Shown here one piece after another: positions 23,051-32,134 of a DNA stretch of 64,000 bases. Source of the stretch: Syntrophorhabdaceae bacterium (GTDB lineage: Bacteria > Desulfobacterota > Syntrophorhabdia > Syntrophorhabdales > Syntrophorhabdaceae); assembly GCA_963666485.2 (NCBI GenBank), contig CAXXUO010000003.1, positions 1 to 64,000 on the forward strand, given 5' to 3'. The number at the start of each line of letters is the position of its first letter. Position 1 is the first letter of the stretch. The position numbers were made by a program, and so were the translations under genes. Below the pieces are notes generated by a model that was given only the letters and a program-made list of their open reading frames with translations, did no database searches and had not been told where the DNA came from.

Positions 23051-24460
23051 TTAGCCCTCCAACTCCAGTGCCTCGCGCAGCACCCGGGCCACCAGCGTGA
23101 ACTCGTCATCGGCCAGGGTGCGCGGGTCGAGCAGGAAGGCGCCGGCCTCGATGCGGCCGACCAGGGGCGGATCGGTGGCCAGCAGCCGGGCGCGCAGGGT
23201 TTCCGGGGACGGCGCCCCGGCAGCCGGGGTCAGGGCGACCAGGGTGGTCGGCAGGTCGTGTTCGGGAAAGGCGCCGCCGCCGACCCGGGAGGCGCCGGGG
23301 ATGACGGCCACGGCGTAGCGCTCGCCCAGGGCCTTGGCCAGGACTTTGCGCAGTCGCCGGGCCTTTTGGCGCAGGGCCTCCGGGGCGGCCGTGATCATGG
23401 CCAGGGTGGGGATGCGCGTGCGGGCCTTGGCCGGGTCGAGGTAGCAGCGCAGGGTCGCCTCCAGGGCGGCCAAGGTCATCTTGTCGATGCGCACGGCCCG
23501 GTTGAGCGGGTTTTGGCGGATGGCCTCGATGTAGGGGGCCCGGCCGACGATGATGCCGGCCTGGGGGCCGCCGAGAACCTTGTCGCCGCTTAAGGTCACG
23601 ATGTCGGCCCCGTCGGCCACGGCCTGCTGCACGGTGGGTTCGCCGGGCAGGCCCAGGGCGGAAAAGTCGGTCAGGTTGCCGCTGCCCAGGTCCTCGATCA
23701 CGGGCAGGTCGTGGGCCCGGCCGATGGTCACCAATTCGGCCAGGGAGACTTCGCTCGTGAAGCCGACAATGCGGTAGTTGGAGGTGTGGACCTTGAGCAG
23801 GGCGGCGGTCTGTTCGTTGATGGCGTTTGCGTAGTCGCGGGGATGGGTGCGGTTGGTGGCGCCGACTTCGCGCAGGATGGCGCCGGACTTGGCCATGACC
23901 TCGGGGATGCGAAACGAGCCGCCGATCTCCACGAGCTGGCCGCGCGAGACCACGACCTCGCGGCCCTTGGCCAGGGTTTCGAGGGTGATGAGCACGGCGG
24001 CGGCGTTGTTGTTGACGACCAGGGCCGCCTCGGCGCCGGTCAGGGTCTTTAAAATATCGACCACGTGGCTGTAGCGGCTGCCCCGCTCGCCCGTGGCCAG
24101 GTCGAATTCGAGGTTGGAATAGCGGTCGCAGGCCGTCACCACGGCGGCGGTTGCCTCGGGGGCGAGGAGCGAGCGGCCGAGGTTGGTGTGCACGACCACG
24201 CCGGTGGCGTTGACGATGCGGCGGAAGTGGGGCCGGGTGGCGGCGGTGACGAACCGGGCGATCAGGGGTTGGAGGTGGTCCGGGGCGAGCTGGGCCGGAT
24301 CGGTCAGGCGTCCTTCGCGGATGTCGGCGCGCAGGCCGTCGAGGAAGTCGGTGACGGCCTGGCGCACGAGGGCTCGGGGCAGGGTCGCCAGTTCCGGCCG
24401 GCCGGCCAGGTCGGCCAGCACCGCGTCCATGGCCGGGAGCAGTCGGAAGAGGTGTTGCAC
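23051..24460 (-). CDS. selA: L-seryl-tRNA(Sec) selenium transferase
   Basis: NATGVVVHTNLGRS, VNNNAAAV, VEIGGSFRIP, EVGATNRTH, SGDKVLGGPQAG (PLP Lys). Confidence 0.96.
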   Translation of the reverse strand: MQHLFRLLPAMDAVLADLAGRPELATLPRALVRQAVTDFLDGLRADIREGRLTDPAQLAPDHLQPLIARFVTAATRPHFRRIVNATGVVVHTNLGRSLLAPEATAAVVTACDRYSNLEFDLATGERGSRYSHVVDILKTLTGAEAALVVNNNAAAVLITLETLAKGREVVVSRGQLVEIGGSFRIPEVMAKSGAILREVGATNRTHPRDYANAINEQTAALLKVHTSNYRIVGFTSEVSLAELVTIGRAHDLPVIEDLGSGNLTDFSALGLPGEPTVQQAVADGADIVTLSGDKVLGGPQAGIIVGRAPYIEAIRQNPLNRAVRIDKMTLAALEATLRCYLDPAKARTRIPTLAMITAAPEALRQKARRLRKVLAKALGERYAVAVIPGASRVGGGAFPEHDLPTTLVALTPAAGAPSPETLRARLLATDPPLVGRIEAGAFLLDPRTLADDEFTLVARVLREALELEG

Positions 24461-24507
24461 GGCGTGATCCTGTGGTTGGCAGTCGGCGCGGCGTCGCGGC
24501 CGTCGGG

Positions 24508-25800
24508 TCAGGGTTGCGGGAAAAGCGCCGCCAGCAGGTACATGGAGCCGCAGGCCAGGACCGTGCCGGGAAGCTCCCGTACGGCGTCCAAGGCGGCGGC
24601 CGGAGAGGCCACCACCCGCCCCTGGGCGCCGAGAGCCTCGGCCACCTCGGCCGCCGGTCGGGCCCGGGAAACACCCGGCAGCTCGGGCACGTAGATGCGC
24701 CCGGTGGTGAGGTTTTTGGCCAGGGGCGCCATGGCGGCCAGGTCCTTGTCGGCCAGGCAGGTAAAGATCATGGCCGCCGGCTTGACGGCGAGACTGGCCA
24801 GGGCCTTGCCCAGGGCGACCAATGCCGGCGGATTGTGGGCGCAGTCGAGCAAAAGCCCCGGAGTCATGTCCGGCAGGCGCAGCAGGTGCAGCCGGCCCGG
24901 GATGAACGTCTCGGCCAGGGCCCGGCGGATGGCGTCCGGGTCCGGGGTGATCCCCAGGGCCTGCGCGGCCAGGGAAAAGCCGGCCAGGGCCAGGCTGGCG
25001 TTTTGCGTCTGGTGCGGCCCGGCCAGGCGCAGTTTCACCCCCGGGATCTCCAGATGCTTCTCGCCGCGCAGCACCGCCTTGCGGCTGACCGGATCGTAGC
25101 CGGCCAGTTTGGCGGCCTCGCGCAGCGGCGTCCCCAGGCGATCGGCCTCCCGGCGCAGCACCGCCATGACCTCGGGCGACTGGGGTCCGGTCACGGCCAC
25201 GCCGCCGGGGACCATGGCCAGCCCCTTGTCCCGGGCGATGTCGGCAAGCTGCGGGCCGATGACCGCCGCGTGATCCAGGCCGATGGGCGTGAACAGGACC
25301 AGATCGCGGGTCAGCGCCGTGGTGGCGTCGCCGGCCCCGCCGAGTCCGGCCTCGTACACGGCGGCCTCGGCGCTCTGACTGGTGAAGAGCCAGGCGGCCA
25401 TGACCGTGAGCAGCTCGAAATAGGTGAGGCGCCCGGCCTCACCGCCCGGGGCGGTGGCGGCCAGGACCGCGTTGGCCGCCGCCAGCCAGTCGGCTTCGGA
25501 CAACGGTTTGCCGGCCATGAGAAGGCGCTCGCGCACGGAAAGAAAATGCGGCGAGAGATAAAGCCCGGTCGGCAGGCCGTGGGCGGCGAGCAGGGCGGCC
25601 AGAAAGGCGCCGGTCGAGCCCTTGCCGTTGGTGCCGACCACCTGGACGGCCAGATGGGGCAGGGTGGCCAGGGACAGGCCGTCCAGGGCCGTGCGCATGC
25701 GCTGGGGGCCAAGCTCCATATGAAACAGGCCGAGGCTGTCCAGATAGGCCGCGAAGGCCGGGTAATCGGGAAGTTCAGAAAACAAGGGAGTCCTTTTCAC
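24508..25800 (-). CDS. folC: Dihydrofolate/folylpolyglutamate synthase (start uncertain)
   Basis: VVGTNGKGST, SPHFLSVRER, EAGLGGAGDAT, LDCAHNP, GSMYL. Confidence 0.9.
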   Translation of the reverse strand: MKRTPLFSELPDYPAFAAYLDSLGLFHMELGPQRMRTALDGLSLATLPHLAVQVVGTNGKGSTGAFLAALLAAHGLPTGLYLSPHFLSVRERLLMAGKPLSEADWLAAANAVLAATAPGGEAGRLTYFELLTVMAAWLFTSQSAEAAVYEAGLGGAGDATTALTRDLVLFTPIGLDHAAVIGPQLADIARDKGLAMVPGGVAVTGPQSPEVMAVLRREADRLGTPLREAAKLAGYDPVSRKAVLRGEKHLEIPGVKLRLAGPHQTQNASLALAGFSLAAQALGITPDPDAIRRALAETFIPGRLHLLRLPDMTPGLLLDCAHNPPALVALGKALASLAVKPAAMIFTCLADKDLAAMAPLAKNLTTGRIYVPELPGVSRARPAAEVAEALGAQGRVVASPAAALDAVRELPGTVLACGSMYLLAALFPQP

Positions 25801-26557
25801 GCAGCAGGCGGTAGCGGTAGCCGGCCAGTTCGCTTTCAAGTTCTTTTTGGATCTGGAGCGCGAACGGAGCCTTCAGGTGGTAGATGAAGATTTCGGGCTT
25901 GGCCTGCAGCTTGTCCAGTTCGGCCCGCAGCAGTTTGGGTGTCAGATGCTTGGAGACGATGGCCAGTTCTTCCATGTCCGAGGGGAAGGATGCCTCGGTG
26001 ATGAGATGCTTGAGCGGAAAGGGCAGGCTGTCGCAGTAGCGCCACCAGTCGTCGCAGGCGCCGGTGTCGCCGGTGTAGGCCAGGCTCGTCGCGCCGTCGT
26101 CGCGCCACAGCACGAAGCCCGAGGCGGCCCGGGCGTGATTGACCGGCCAGGCGGCGATGGAAAGGTCGCCGATGGTGACCGGCACGCCCGGGGTCATGGG
26201 CGCGTAGGTCAGGACCGGGGAATTGGCCGGGATGACGGTGAAGTCGGGCCATATGGTGTCGTTGAGCAGGTGGGTGGCGATGGCGTCGAGGACCTGGGGC
26301 AGACCGTGGATCTGCAAGGGCGGCCTGGAACTGGCGGCGAAAAACTCGATGAGGTTGTCGGCCAAAAACAGGATGTCCTTGATGTGGTCGAGATGGGGGT
26401 GGGTGACGAAAATATGCTCGATGTTGGCCTGTTCGGCCAAATCGAGGCTCGAGGTGACCGATCCGGCATCGAGAAGGACGTTCGAATCCACCAGAAACGC
26501 GGTGAGGTGGTGTCCGGGGAGGTCCGAGCCGGAACAGCCGAGCACGCGCAGGTTCAT
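25775..26557 (-). CDS. Metallo-beta-lactamase-fold hydrolase, class II cyclic-nucleotide phosphodiesterase-like
   Basis: LGCSG, LLDAG, THPHLDHI, NDTIWPDF, YTGDTG, EASFP, SKHLTP, YHLK; AGGAG RBS. Confidence 0.8.
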   Translation of the reverse strand: MNLRVLGCSGSDLPGHHLTAFLVDSNVLLDAGSVTSSLDLAEQANIEHIFVTHPHLDHIKDILFLADNLIEFFAASSRPPLQIHGLPQVLDAIATHLLNDTIWPDFTVIPANSPVLTYAPMTPGVPVTIGDLSIAAWPVNHARAASGFVLWRDDGATSLAYTGDTGACDDWWRYCDSLPFPLKHLITEASFPSDMEELAIVSKHLTPKLLRAELDKLQAKPEIFIYHLKAPFALQIQKELESELAGYRYRLLREKDSLVF

Positions 26558-26713
26558 GTGTTTCTCCTGTTGCAAGCGGCCGGTGGGGAAGCAGTGTGGT
26601 CTGGCTGATGCGTTTCGTCAAGGGCGAGCTGGAGCAAGGGCGGTCGTGCGGCGGTTGGGTGCCCGCGCAACGGTTTTGGGGTCCGTTTCCGGCGGTTGGG
26701 CCTCGGACCGGGG

Positions 26714-27706
26714 TCAGCCGAGCTTGAAGTGGATGGTGAGCATGGCCCGGCTGGAAATGGGCTGGCCCTTGAAGGTGGCGGGAAAGAAGGTGGAGGCGCG
26801 GATGGCGCGCAGGGCCTCCTCCACGAACTCCAGGCCGGTATGGCTGACGACATTGACGTCGCGCAGGATGCCTTCGGCGTCGATGCTCAGGCACAGACAG
26901 ACCCGGCCTTCGGTATTGGCCCGTTTGGCGCCGTCGGGGTAGCGGGGGGTGCTGCGGTGGCGAAATCGCGGCCCGTCACCCTTGCCGAACTGGCCAACGG
27001 CACTCCCGCCCCCGCCGCCGCCGGGTCCGCCGCCGATTCCGGGCGCGCCCTCGCCGTGTCCGAGACCCTTGCCCGGTCCTTCCCCCCCGATACCCAGTCC
27101 GGTTCCCTCGCCCGTGGCTACGACCGGGGTGTGTTCGCGGGCCTGGTCCACGGAGTGGTCCGGCGCGGCCGGACGCGCGGCCACGGGTTTGGGCTTGGGT
27201 TTGGGCTTGGGTTTGGGTTCCGGCTTGGGTTCGGGGGGCACGATCTTTTCCGGTTCCGGCAAGCTGGTGTCGAGCACCGGCGTGGATTCCTGGACAGGGG
27301 GTTCCGGTTCGGGTTCGACCAGGGCCTTTTCCGGCGCGACGGGCTCGTTTGGGGCCATTTGGGCGAGATCCCCGGACGGCCCGGACAGGGGCTCGGACAC
27401 GACGGCCGGGCTGCCGCCGCTCTCCCGGCCGTCCCCTCCATCACCGCCCGGGCCGGCCAGGCCGTCCAGGGAAATTTCGCCCATGACGGCGAGAGGCGTT
27501 TCGACCTGGCTGACGGCGAACATTCCGCCGAGCAGGGCCAGGGCCAGGATCAGTCCGTGAAACGAGGCCGACACCAGGGGCCAGATCCACCAGCGCCGGG
27601 TCAGGGCGAGCCGCAGGCAATCGGGTGCGTCCGGGAACAGGGCGGCCGGGTCGCCCAGGGAGCGGATGGATTCCTGGGGCGGGGCGACCGGCCTGCGGGA
27701 CGACAT
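26714..27706 (-). CDS. tonB: TonB energy transducer (start may be 27784)
   Basis: TM anchor SASFHGLIL (SxxxH), Pro-rich (PE/PK)n linker, C-terminal PRYPDGAKRANTEGRV...FFPA. Confidence 0.85.
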   Translation of the reverse strand: MSSRRPVAPPQESIRSLGDPAALFPDAPDCLRLALTRRWWIWPLVSASFHGLILALALLGGMFAVSQVETPLAVMGEISLDGLAGPGGDGGDGRESGGSPAVVSEPLSGPSGDLAQMAPNEPVAPEKALVEPEPEPPVQESTPVLDTSLPEPEKIVPPEPKPEPKPKPKPKPKPVAARPAAPDHSVDQAREHTPVVATGEGTGLGIGGEGPGKGLGHGEGAPGIGGGPGGGGGGSAVGQFGKGDGPRFRHRSTPRYPDGAKRANTEGRVCLCLSIDAEGILRDVNVVSHTGLEFVEEALRAIRASTFFPATFKGQPISSRAMLTIHFKLG

Positions 27707-27795
27707 GGCTTTGCCCGACAACAGACCGGGAAAGGAAGTGACGTGGATTTCGCCGCCGGGCCGACCTTGAGGATGTGCGTTCATGGCCTCATTTA

Positions 27796-27825
27796 CGGTC
27801 ACGAAAAATGTATTTTCCGCGACTA
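27796..27825. promoter_or_regulatory. Candidate TunR/ModE-type operator near the tonB start
   Basis: CGGTCACG-N14-CGCGACTA near-palindrome; a related GGATCACG-N13-CGTGATTT lies at 27845-27873. Confidence 0.5.
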
Positions 27826-27888
27826 CTGTGTCACAAGTAATCACGGATCACGCATAAAAATCTTCCGTGATTTATTGTAATTGACTTC

Positions 27889-27917
27889 AGTATTGTCTAT
27901 TGAATGCCGGGTGTCAA
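27889..27917 (-). promoter_or_regulatory. Candidate sigma70 promoter for tonB
   Basis: Minus strand TTGACA-N17-AATACT. Confidence 0.5.
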
Positions 27918-27970
27918 GTGCAATGCGGCCGGAATGCGTTGTTCTGCTTTCGCGTATTGACCCACCGCAT

Positions 27971-28021
27971 GTGTCACATGCTGCCGAACGACTGTCATGT
28001 ATTATAAAAAAGTCGTGTGAC
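27971..28021 (-). promoter_or_regulatory. Candidate operator upstream of tonB
   Basis: Minus strand GTCACACG-N14-CATGACAG-N13-TGTGACAC; its first 30 bp mirror 29116-29145. Confidence 0.55.
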
Positions 28022-28140
28022 TGTTGTGCAACAGCCGGGCCCCGACGTTCGACCGGGTCCGCGCCGCGGGCCGCGATCTGTCGATGCGGCAACGGGGCAG
28101 GCTCACGGGCTGATCGGGCCAGGCGCGGCGGCGGGTGGAC

Positions 28141-28890
28141 TCAGGATGGCCGGGGAGCTTCCCAGGCCAGTTGGCGGGCGGCGGGCAGGTTGCGGAAGGT
28201 GCGGCCCGCCGCGACCCCGGCCAGGGCGGACGATCCATCGCTACAGTCGCAGCCGGCCAGGACGTCGATGCCGCAGTCGAACAGGCTCGGGGCAAAGGGC
28301 GTGGTCGGTCCGAGCAGGATGACCAGGGCCTGTGGCCGGCACAGGTCGAGCAGTCCGGCCAGGCTGCCGTTGAGCAGGGTGGTGGCGGTGATGGCCACCA
28401 CGTCGGCCCGGGGCAGGATGACGGCGGCCTGGGAGGCGTCGCAATCGCCGGGTTGGGGTTGTTTTTCCAGGACCCAGAGCCGGGAGTAGGCGGACCGGGC
28501 CGCGTCCACGAAGGGAAAGTGGCCGATGACGGCCACGGCCTTGTCCCGGCCGCGCGCGGCCATGACCTCCTGGCCGAAGTGCGGCGTGCAGTGGGCGGGC
28601 GGCGGGAGCAGGGCGTTGGCCGCGGCCATGGCCAGGGAGGCCAGCCCGGTGTTCTGGCTGCCGGGTTCGAGCAGGCGGAGGGCCAGATTCCGGGCCGAAT
28701 CGCCGGCCACGGGCAGGATCAGCGGCGAGTCGCCGGGGTCGCCCAGGGGCAGGGAGGCAAGGCCGACCCGGGCCGCCTGCAGGCCGACAAGGCTTTGGCC
28801 CAGGACGGCGCGGGTGACCGGGTGATCGGGCTGACTGCGTACGTCCTGGACAACGGCCGCCAGCAGGTCGTCTTGGCTAAGGCGCGGCAT
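28141..28890 (-). CDS. DUF364 (Rossmann-like, putative heavy-metal chelation) protein
   Basis: ASLAMAAANA, VAVIGHFPF, LPRADVVAITATTLLNGSL, ILLGPTTP. Confidence 0.85.
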   Translation of the reverse strand: MPRLSQDDLLAAVVQDVRSQPDHPVTRAVLGQSLVGLQAARVGLASLPLGDPGDSPLILPVAGDSARNLALRLLEPGSQNTGLASLAMAAANALLPPPAHCTPHFGQEVMAARGRDKAVAVIGHFPFVDAARSAYSRLWVLEKQPQPGDCDASQAAVILPRADVVAITATTLLNGSLAGLLDLCRPQALVILLGPTTPFAPSLFDCGIDVLAGCDCSDGSSALAGVAAGRTFRNLPAARQLAWEAPRPS

Positions 28891-29058
28891 GAGGGCTCCC
28901 AAGCGGCGGCCTGGAAGAATTGGAAAAAACAAGGCCGCCAGTATGTAATCAATACGTGAAAGAGAGAATGATGTCAATTCCATCCGGGCAGTGTCTCAAA
29001 ATGCATTTTTTTAATAATTTCATATTGACGAAAAAAAATCTAATAAATAAAATAAATT

Positions 29059-29145
29059 GAAACACGGGATAAGAAAATATCGTGACAGTCTGGTTGTATT
29101 TCGTGACAGTTTTTGGTCACACGAATAAAGTTTTTTACGTGACAG
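29059..29145. promoter_or_regulatory. Cluster of candidate operators in the AT-rich divergent promoter between DUF364 and the TonB receptor
   Basis: CGTGACAG at 29081, 29102 and 29138; GAAACACG-N14-CGTGACAG and GTCACACG-N14-CGTGACAG. Confidence 0.6.
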
Positions 29146-29456
29146 TCGATTTGCAGGAGTTTTTCGCAGGAAAATGATAAATCTTCTGTTTCAGAAAGGT
29201 GTATAATAATCATTGCGGACAAATAGCGTCATAAAAAGATTTTATTCCAATAAAATAAACAAATGGAGGTGGATGTACGGCAATAGTTTTCACAGATGTG
29301 GGGAAAGTTAGTCGTAAATCAGTCATTGTACAGTCGTATATGTGCCACGATCTGGACAGTATGGGCATAATCCTGCCTGTGGCTGGTGGCCGTCGATTTC
29401 GTGGGGGAGTCGATGGAATCGGATAATGGATCGCAACAGGAATGTGAGGGGGGACT

Positions 29457-31568
29457 ATGAAACATCTGGCGATTACCCTGCTTGCCTTGGTCATGTGCCT
29501 GCCGCTTCAGGTCGTGGCCGCCCACGACGCACAAGCCGAGGAAACCCCGGCCACCGAGATGGACGACATGGTGGTCACCGCCACGCGTACCGCGGAGCCG
29601 CTCAAGGACGTTCCCGGCCGCGTCGAGGTCATCACCAAGGAAGATCTCAAGGAAATGCCTGTCCAGACCGTGGACCAGGCCCTGTCCTATATTTCCGGCG
29701 TCAACGTGCAGCGCTCCTACGGCCTCACCAGCCACTCCACCACGGTAAGCCTGCGCGGCGTCGGCTCCCAGCAGGGCCGGACCCTCGTGTTGGTGGACGG
29801 CGTGCCCCAGAACTCGGCCGACATGGGCAGCGTCAACTGGAACATGATCAACCTCGAGGACATTAAGCGCATCGAGATCCTCAAGGGGCCGGCCGCCGCG
29901 GTCTACGGCAGCAACGCCATGGGCGGCGTCATCAACATCATCACCGAAAAGCCGACCCGGCGTTTCCAGGGCAGCGCCAGTGCCAGTTACGGCACCAACG
30001 AGGACTGGGATCTGCGTGCCGTGGCCGCCGGCCGGGCCTTCGAAGAACCTCGGGGGTTCTATGCCCGGGTTTCGGGACGCTACCACAACAACGGCGGCTA
30101 TTACGACGTGTTGCCCAGCGACGAGCGCTGGTACACCAGAAAGACCTTCCTCGATCAGCAGACCATCGGCGTGAAGATGGGTTACGACTTCACGGAAACC
30201 AACAACATCGAATTCAAGTACACCCATGACGCACAGTTGGTCGGCGAAGGCACCGAGTATTATGTCCACAACGGACAGCAGCGCAGCTACATGACGGATG
30301 CCTGGCAGGGCCGGTTCAATTTCAGCCATGAAGGCTGGTCCGGCATGCTCAACGGCTATTTCACGGACACGAATTACGGGCGTGTTTCGGAAAAATTGAA
30401 GGGTGTGAACTACAGCACCATCGATACGCACGTCGATCGTCAAAATTACGGCATCATGACCAACGTCTCCCGGACCTGGGGCGCCAACCTCTTTACGGTC
30501 GGATTCGACTATGCCGAAGGGACCATGGACGGCGTGGATTATTACCGGACGCCGACCTATCCGTACTGGGTCGACCTCGGCCGCATGTGCAGCTTCGGCG
30601 GGTTCGCCCAGGATCAGATCCGGCTTCTCGATGACAAGTTGATCTTCCTGCTCGGTATCCGTTACGACAACGCGACGGCCTACAACGGCAAGTTCGACAC
30701 CAACGATCCGAACATGCCGGGCATGAACCGCCATTTCCCCAACAAGAACTGGGATTCCTGGAGCCCGCGCGCTTCCTTGAAGTACTTCTTCATGGATAAC
30801 CTCAGCGCCTATCTTTCTTATGGACGCGCCTTCCGGGCGCCGACCCTTGACTACATGTACCGGACCGGCGGCACCAAGAACAACATCACCCAGTTGGCCA
30901 ACCCCGATCTGGACCCGGAAACCATCGACAGCTTCGAGTTCGGTACGGATTACAGCCCCGTGGAAAACCTCAAGCTGACCGGTTCGGTGTACTACTCCAT
31001 CGGCAGTGATTTCCTGTATTCGGTCACGACGGCGCCGAGCGTCAAACAGTGGAAGAACATCAGCGAGGTCGACATCTTCGGCGTGGAACTCAATGCCGAG
31101 TACGAGCCGTTCAAGTTCACGAATTACGATCTGTTCAAGAAGTTCAGCCTGTTCGCCAACTATACCTACAATAATTCCCGGATTGTCCGGTGCTCGCAAA
31201 ACAAGGCTCTGGAAGGCCATCTGCTCTCGAATACGCCGCAGAACACCTTCAACGTCGGCTATACCTGGCTCAACCGCTACCTGAACAACCGGGTTGCCGT
31301 CCAGTATTTCGGCGATTCTTATGACGATATGAACTATGGCTACAACACCATCCAGGGACATGCCGTAGTCAATGCGAAGATATGGCGTAACTTTGATTTT
31401 CTCGGCAAGTATGGCGAGAACTTCAATATCGCATTCAGCGTCGAGAACCTCTTCGACGACCGCTATTATACCGTCCGCAGCAACAGCATAAGCAATGGTG
31501 TCCTCTCCTCGAACCAGAACATAAACGACGGTCGCACCATGTATCTGGAGCTCTCGTGCAAGTTCTAA
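29457..31568 (+). CDS. TonB-dependent outer-membrane receptor
   Basis: Signal peptide, TonB box DDMVVTATRT, plug RIEILKGPAAAVYGSNAMGGVINIIT, LANPDLDPE, VENLFDDRY, terminal Phe. Confidence 0.95.
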   Translation: MKHLAITLLALVMCLPLQVVAAHDAQAEETPATEMDDMVVTATRTAEPLKDVPGRVEVITKEDLKEMPVQTVDQALSYISGVNVQRSYGLTSHSTTVSLRGVGSQQGRTLVLVDGVPQNSADMGSVNWNMINLEDIKRIEILKGPAAAVYGSNAMGGVINIITEKPTRRFQGSASASYGTNEDWDLRAVAAGRAFEEPRGFYARVSGRYHNNGGYYDVLPSDERWYTRKTFLDQQTIGVKMGYDFTETNNIEFKYTHDAQLVGEGTEYYVHNGQQRSYMTDAWQGRFNFSHEGWSGMLNGYFTDTNYGRVSEKLKGVNYSTIDTHVDRQNYGIMTNVSRTWGANLFTVGFDYAEGTMDGVDYYRTPTYPYWVDLGRMCSFGGFAQDQIRLLDDKLIFLLGIRYDNATAYNGKFDTNDPNMPGMNRHFPNKNWDSWSPRASLKYFFMDNLSAYLSYGRAFRAPTLDYMYRTGGTKNNITQLANPDLDPETIDSFEFGTDYSPVENLKLTGSVYYSIGSDFLYSVTTAPSVKQWKNISEVDIFGVELNAEYEPFKFTNYDLFKKFSLFANYTYNNSRIVRCSQNKALEGHLLSNTPQNTFNVGYTWLNRYLNNRVAVQYFGDSYDDMNYGYNTIQGHAVVNAKIWRNFDFLGKYGENFNIAFSVENLFDDRYYTVRSNSISNGVLSSNQNINDGRTMYLELSCKF

Positions 31569-31570
31569 GA

Positions 31571-32134
31571 TTGCGTGAACTGTCCACGGCCCAGGTGGTC
31601 TTTTTCGCCTCGGTCGTGGCCCTGGACTTCGGCTGGGGGCTGGTCTTCAAGACCGCCCTCCAGCTGACGGCCATCCACGAGGTGGCCCGGCTGGAAATGC
31701 TCGTGCCGGTCATGCTCATGGTCATCGTCCGCTTCATGCTGGACCGGTTCGGCACCCTCATCCTGTTCGAACTGGCCTGGGGACTCCTGGCCGCCGTGCT
31801 CATGCCGGCGGCCGGGGGCCAGCCCGGCTTCGTCAAACTCGTCCCGGCCCTGACCCAGGGCATCGTGTTCGACGTCCTGTTTTCCCTGCTGCGTCGATCC
31901 ATGCCCCTGGGCCGGGCCTACGTGGCCATCCTGGTCGGCGGTATCCTCGGTCCGTCCATGGCCGTCTTCGTCCGGGTGGCCATGGGCCTGCCCTGGGCCA
32001 CCGCCACCCAGACCCTGTTCGGCATCTCCCTGCTCACCTCCCTGCTGATCAACGGGTTCGGGGTCTACCTGGGGCTTGTGGTCTGGAAACGCATCAGTTC
32101 CCTGGAACTCGTGGCCATGCTGCGCCTGTCATGA
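31571..32134 (+). CDS. Putative ECF transporter S (substrate-binding) component
   Basis: About 187-aa polytopic membrane protein with 5-6 hydrophobic segments, directly before the ECF ATPase and T genes; TTG start just after the receptor stop. Confidence 0.65.
   Translation: MRELSTAQVVFFASVVALDFGWGLVFKTALQLTAIHEVARLEMLVPVMLMVIVRFMLDRFGTLILFELAWGLLAAVLMPAAGGQPGFVKLVPALTQGIVFDVLFSLLRRSMPLGRAYVAILVGGILGPSMAVFVRVAMGLPWATATQTLFGISLLTSLLINGFGVYLGLVVWKRISSLELVAMLRLS

Noticed and set aside
27185..27235. GGGTTT/GGGCTT hexamer tandem repeat
   Set aside because: It encodes the ordinary (PK/PE)n linker of TonB.
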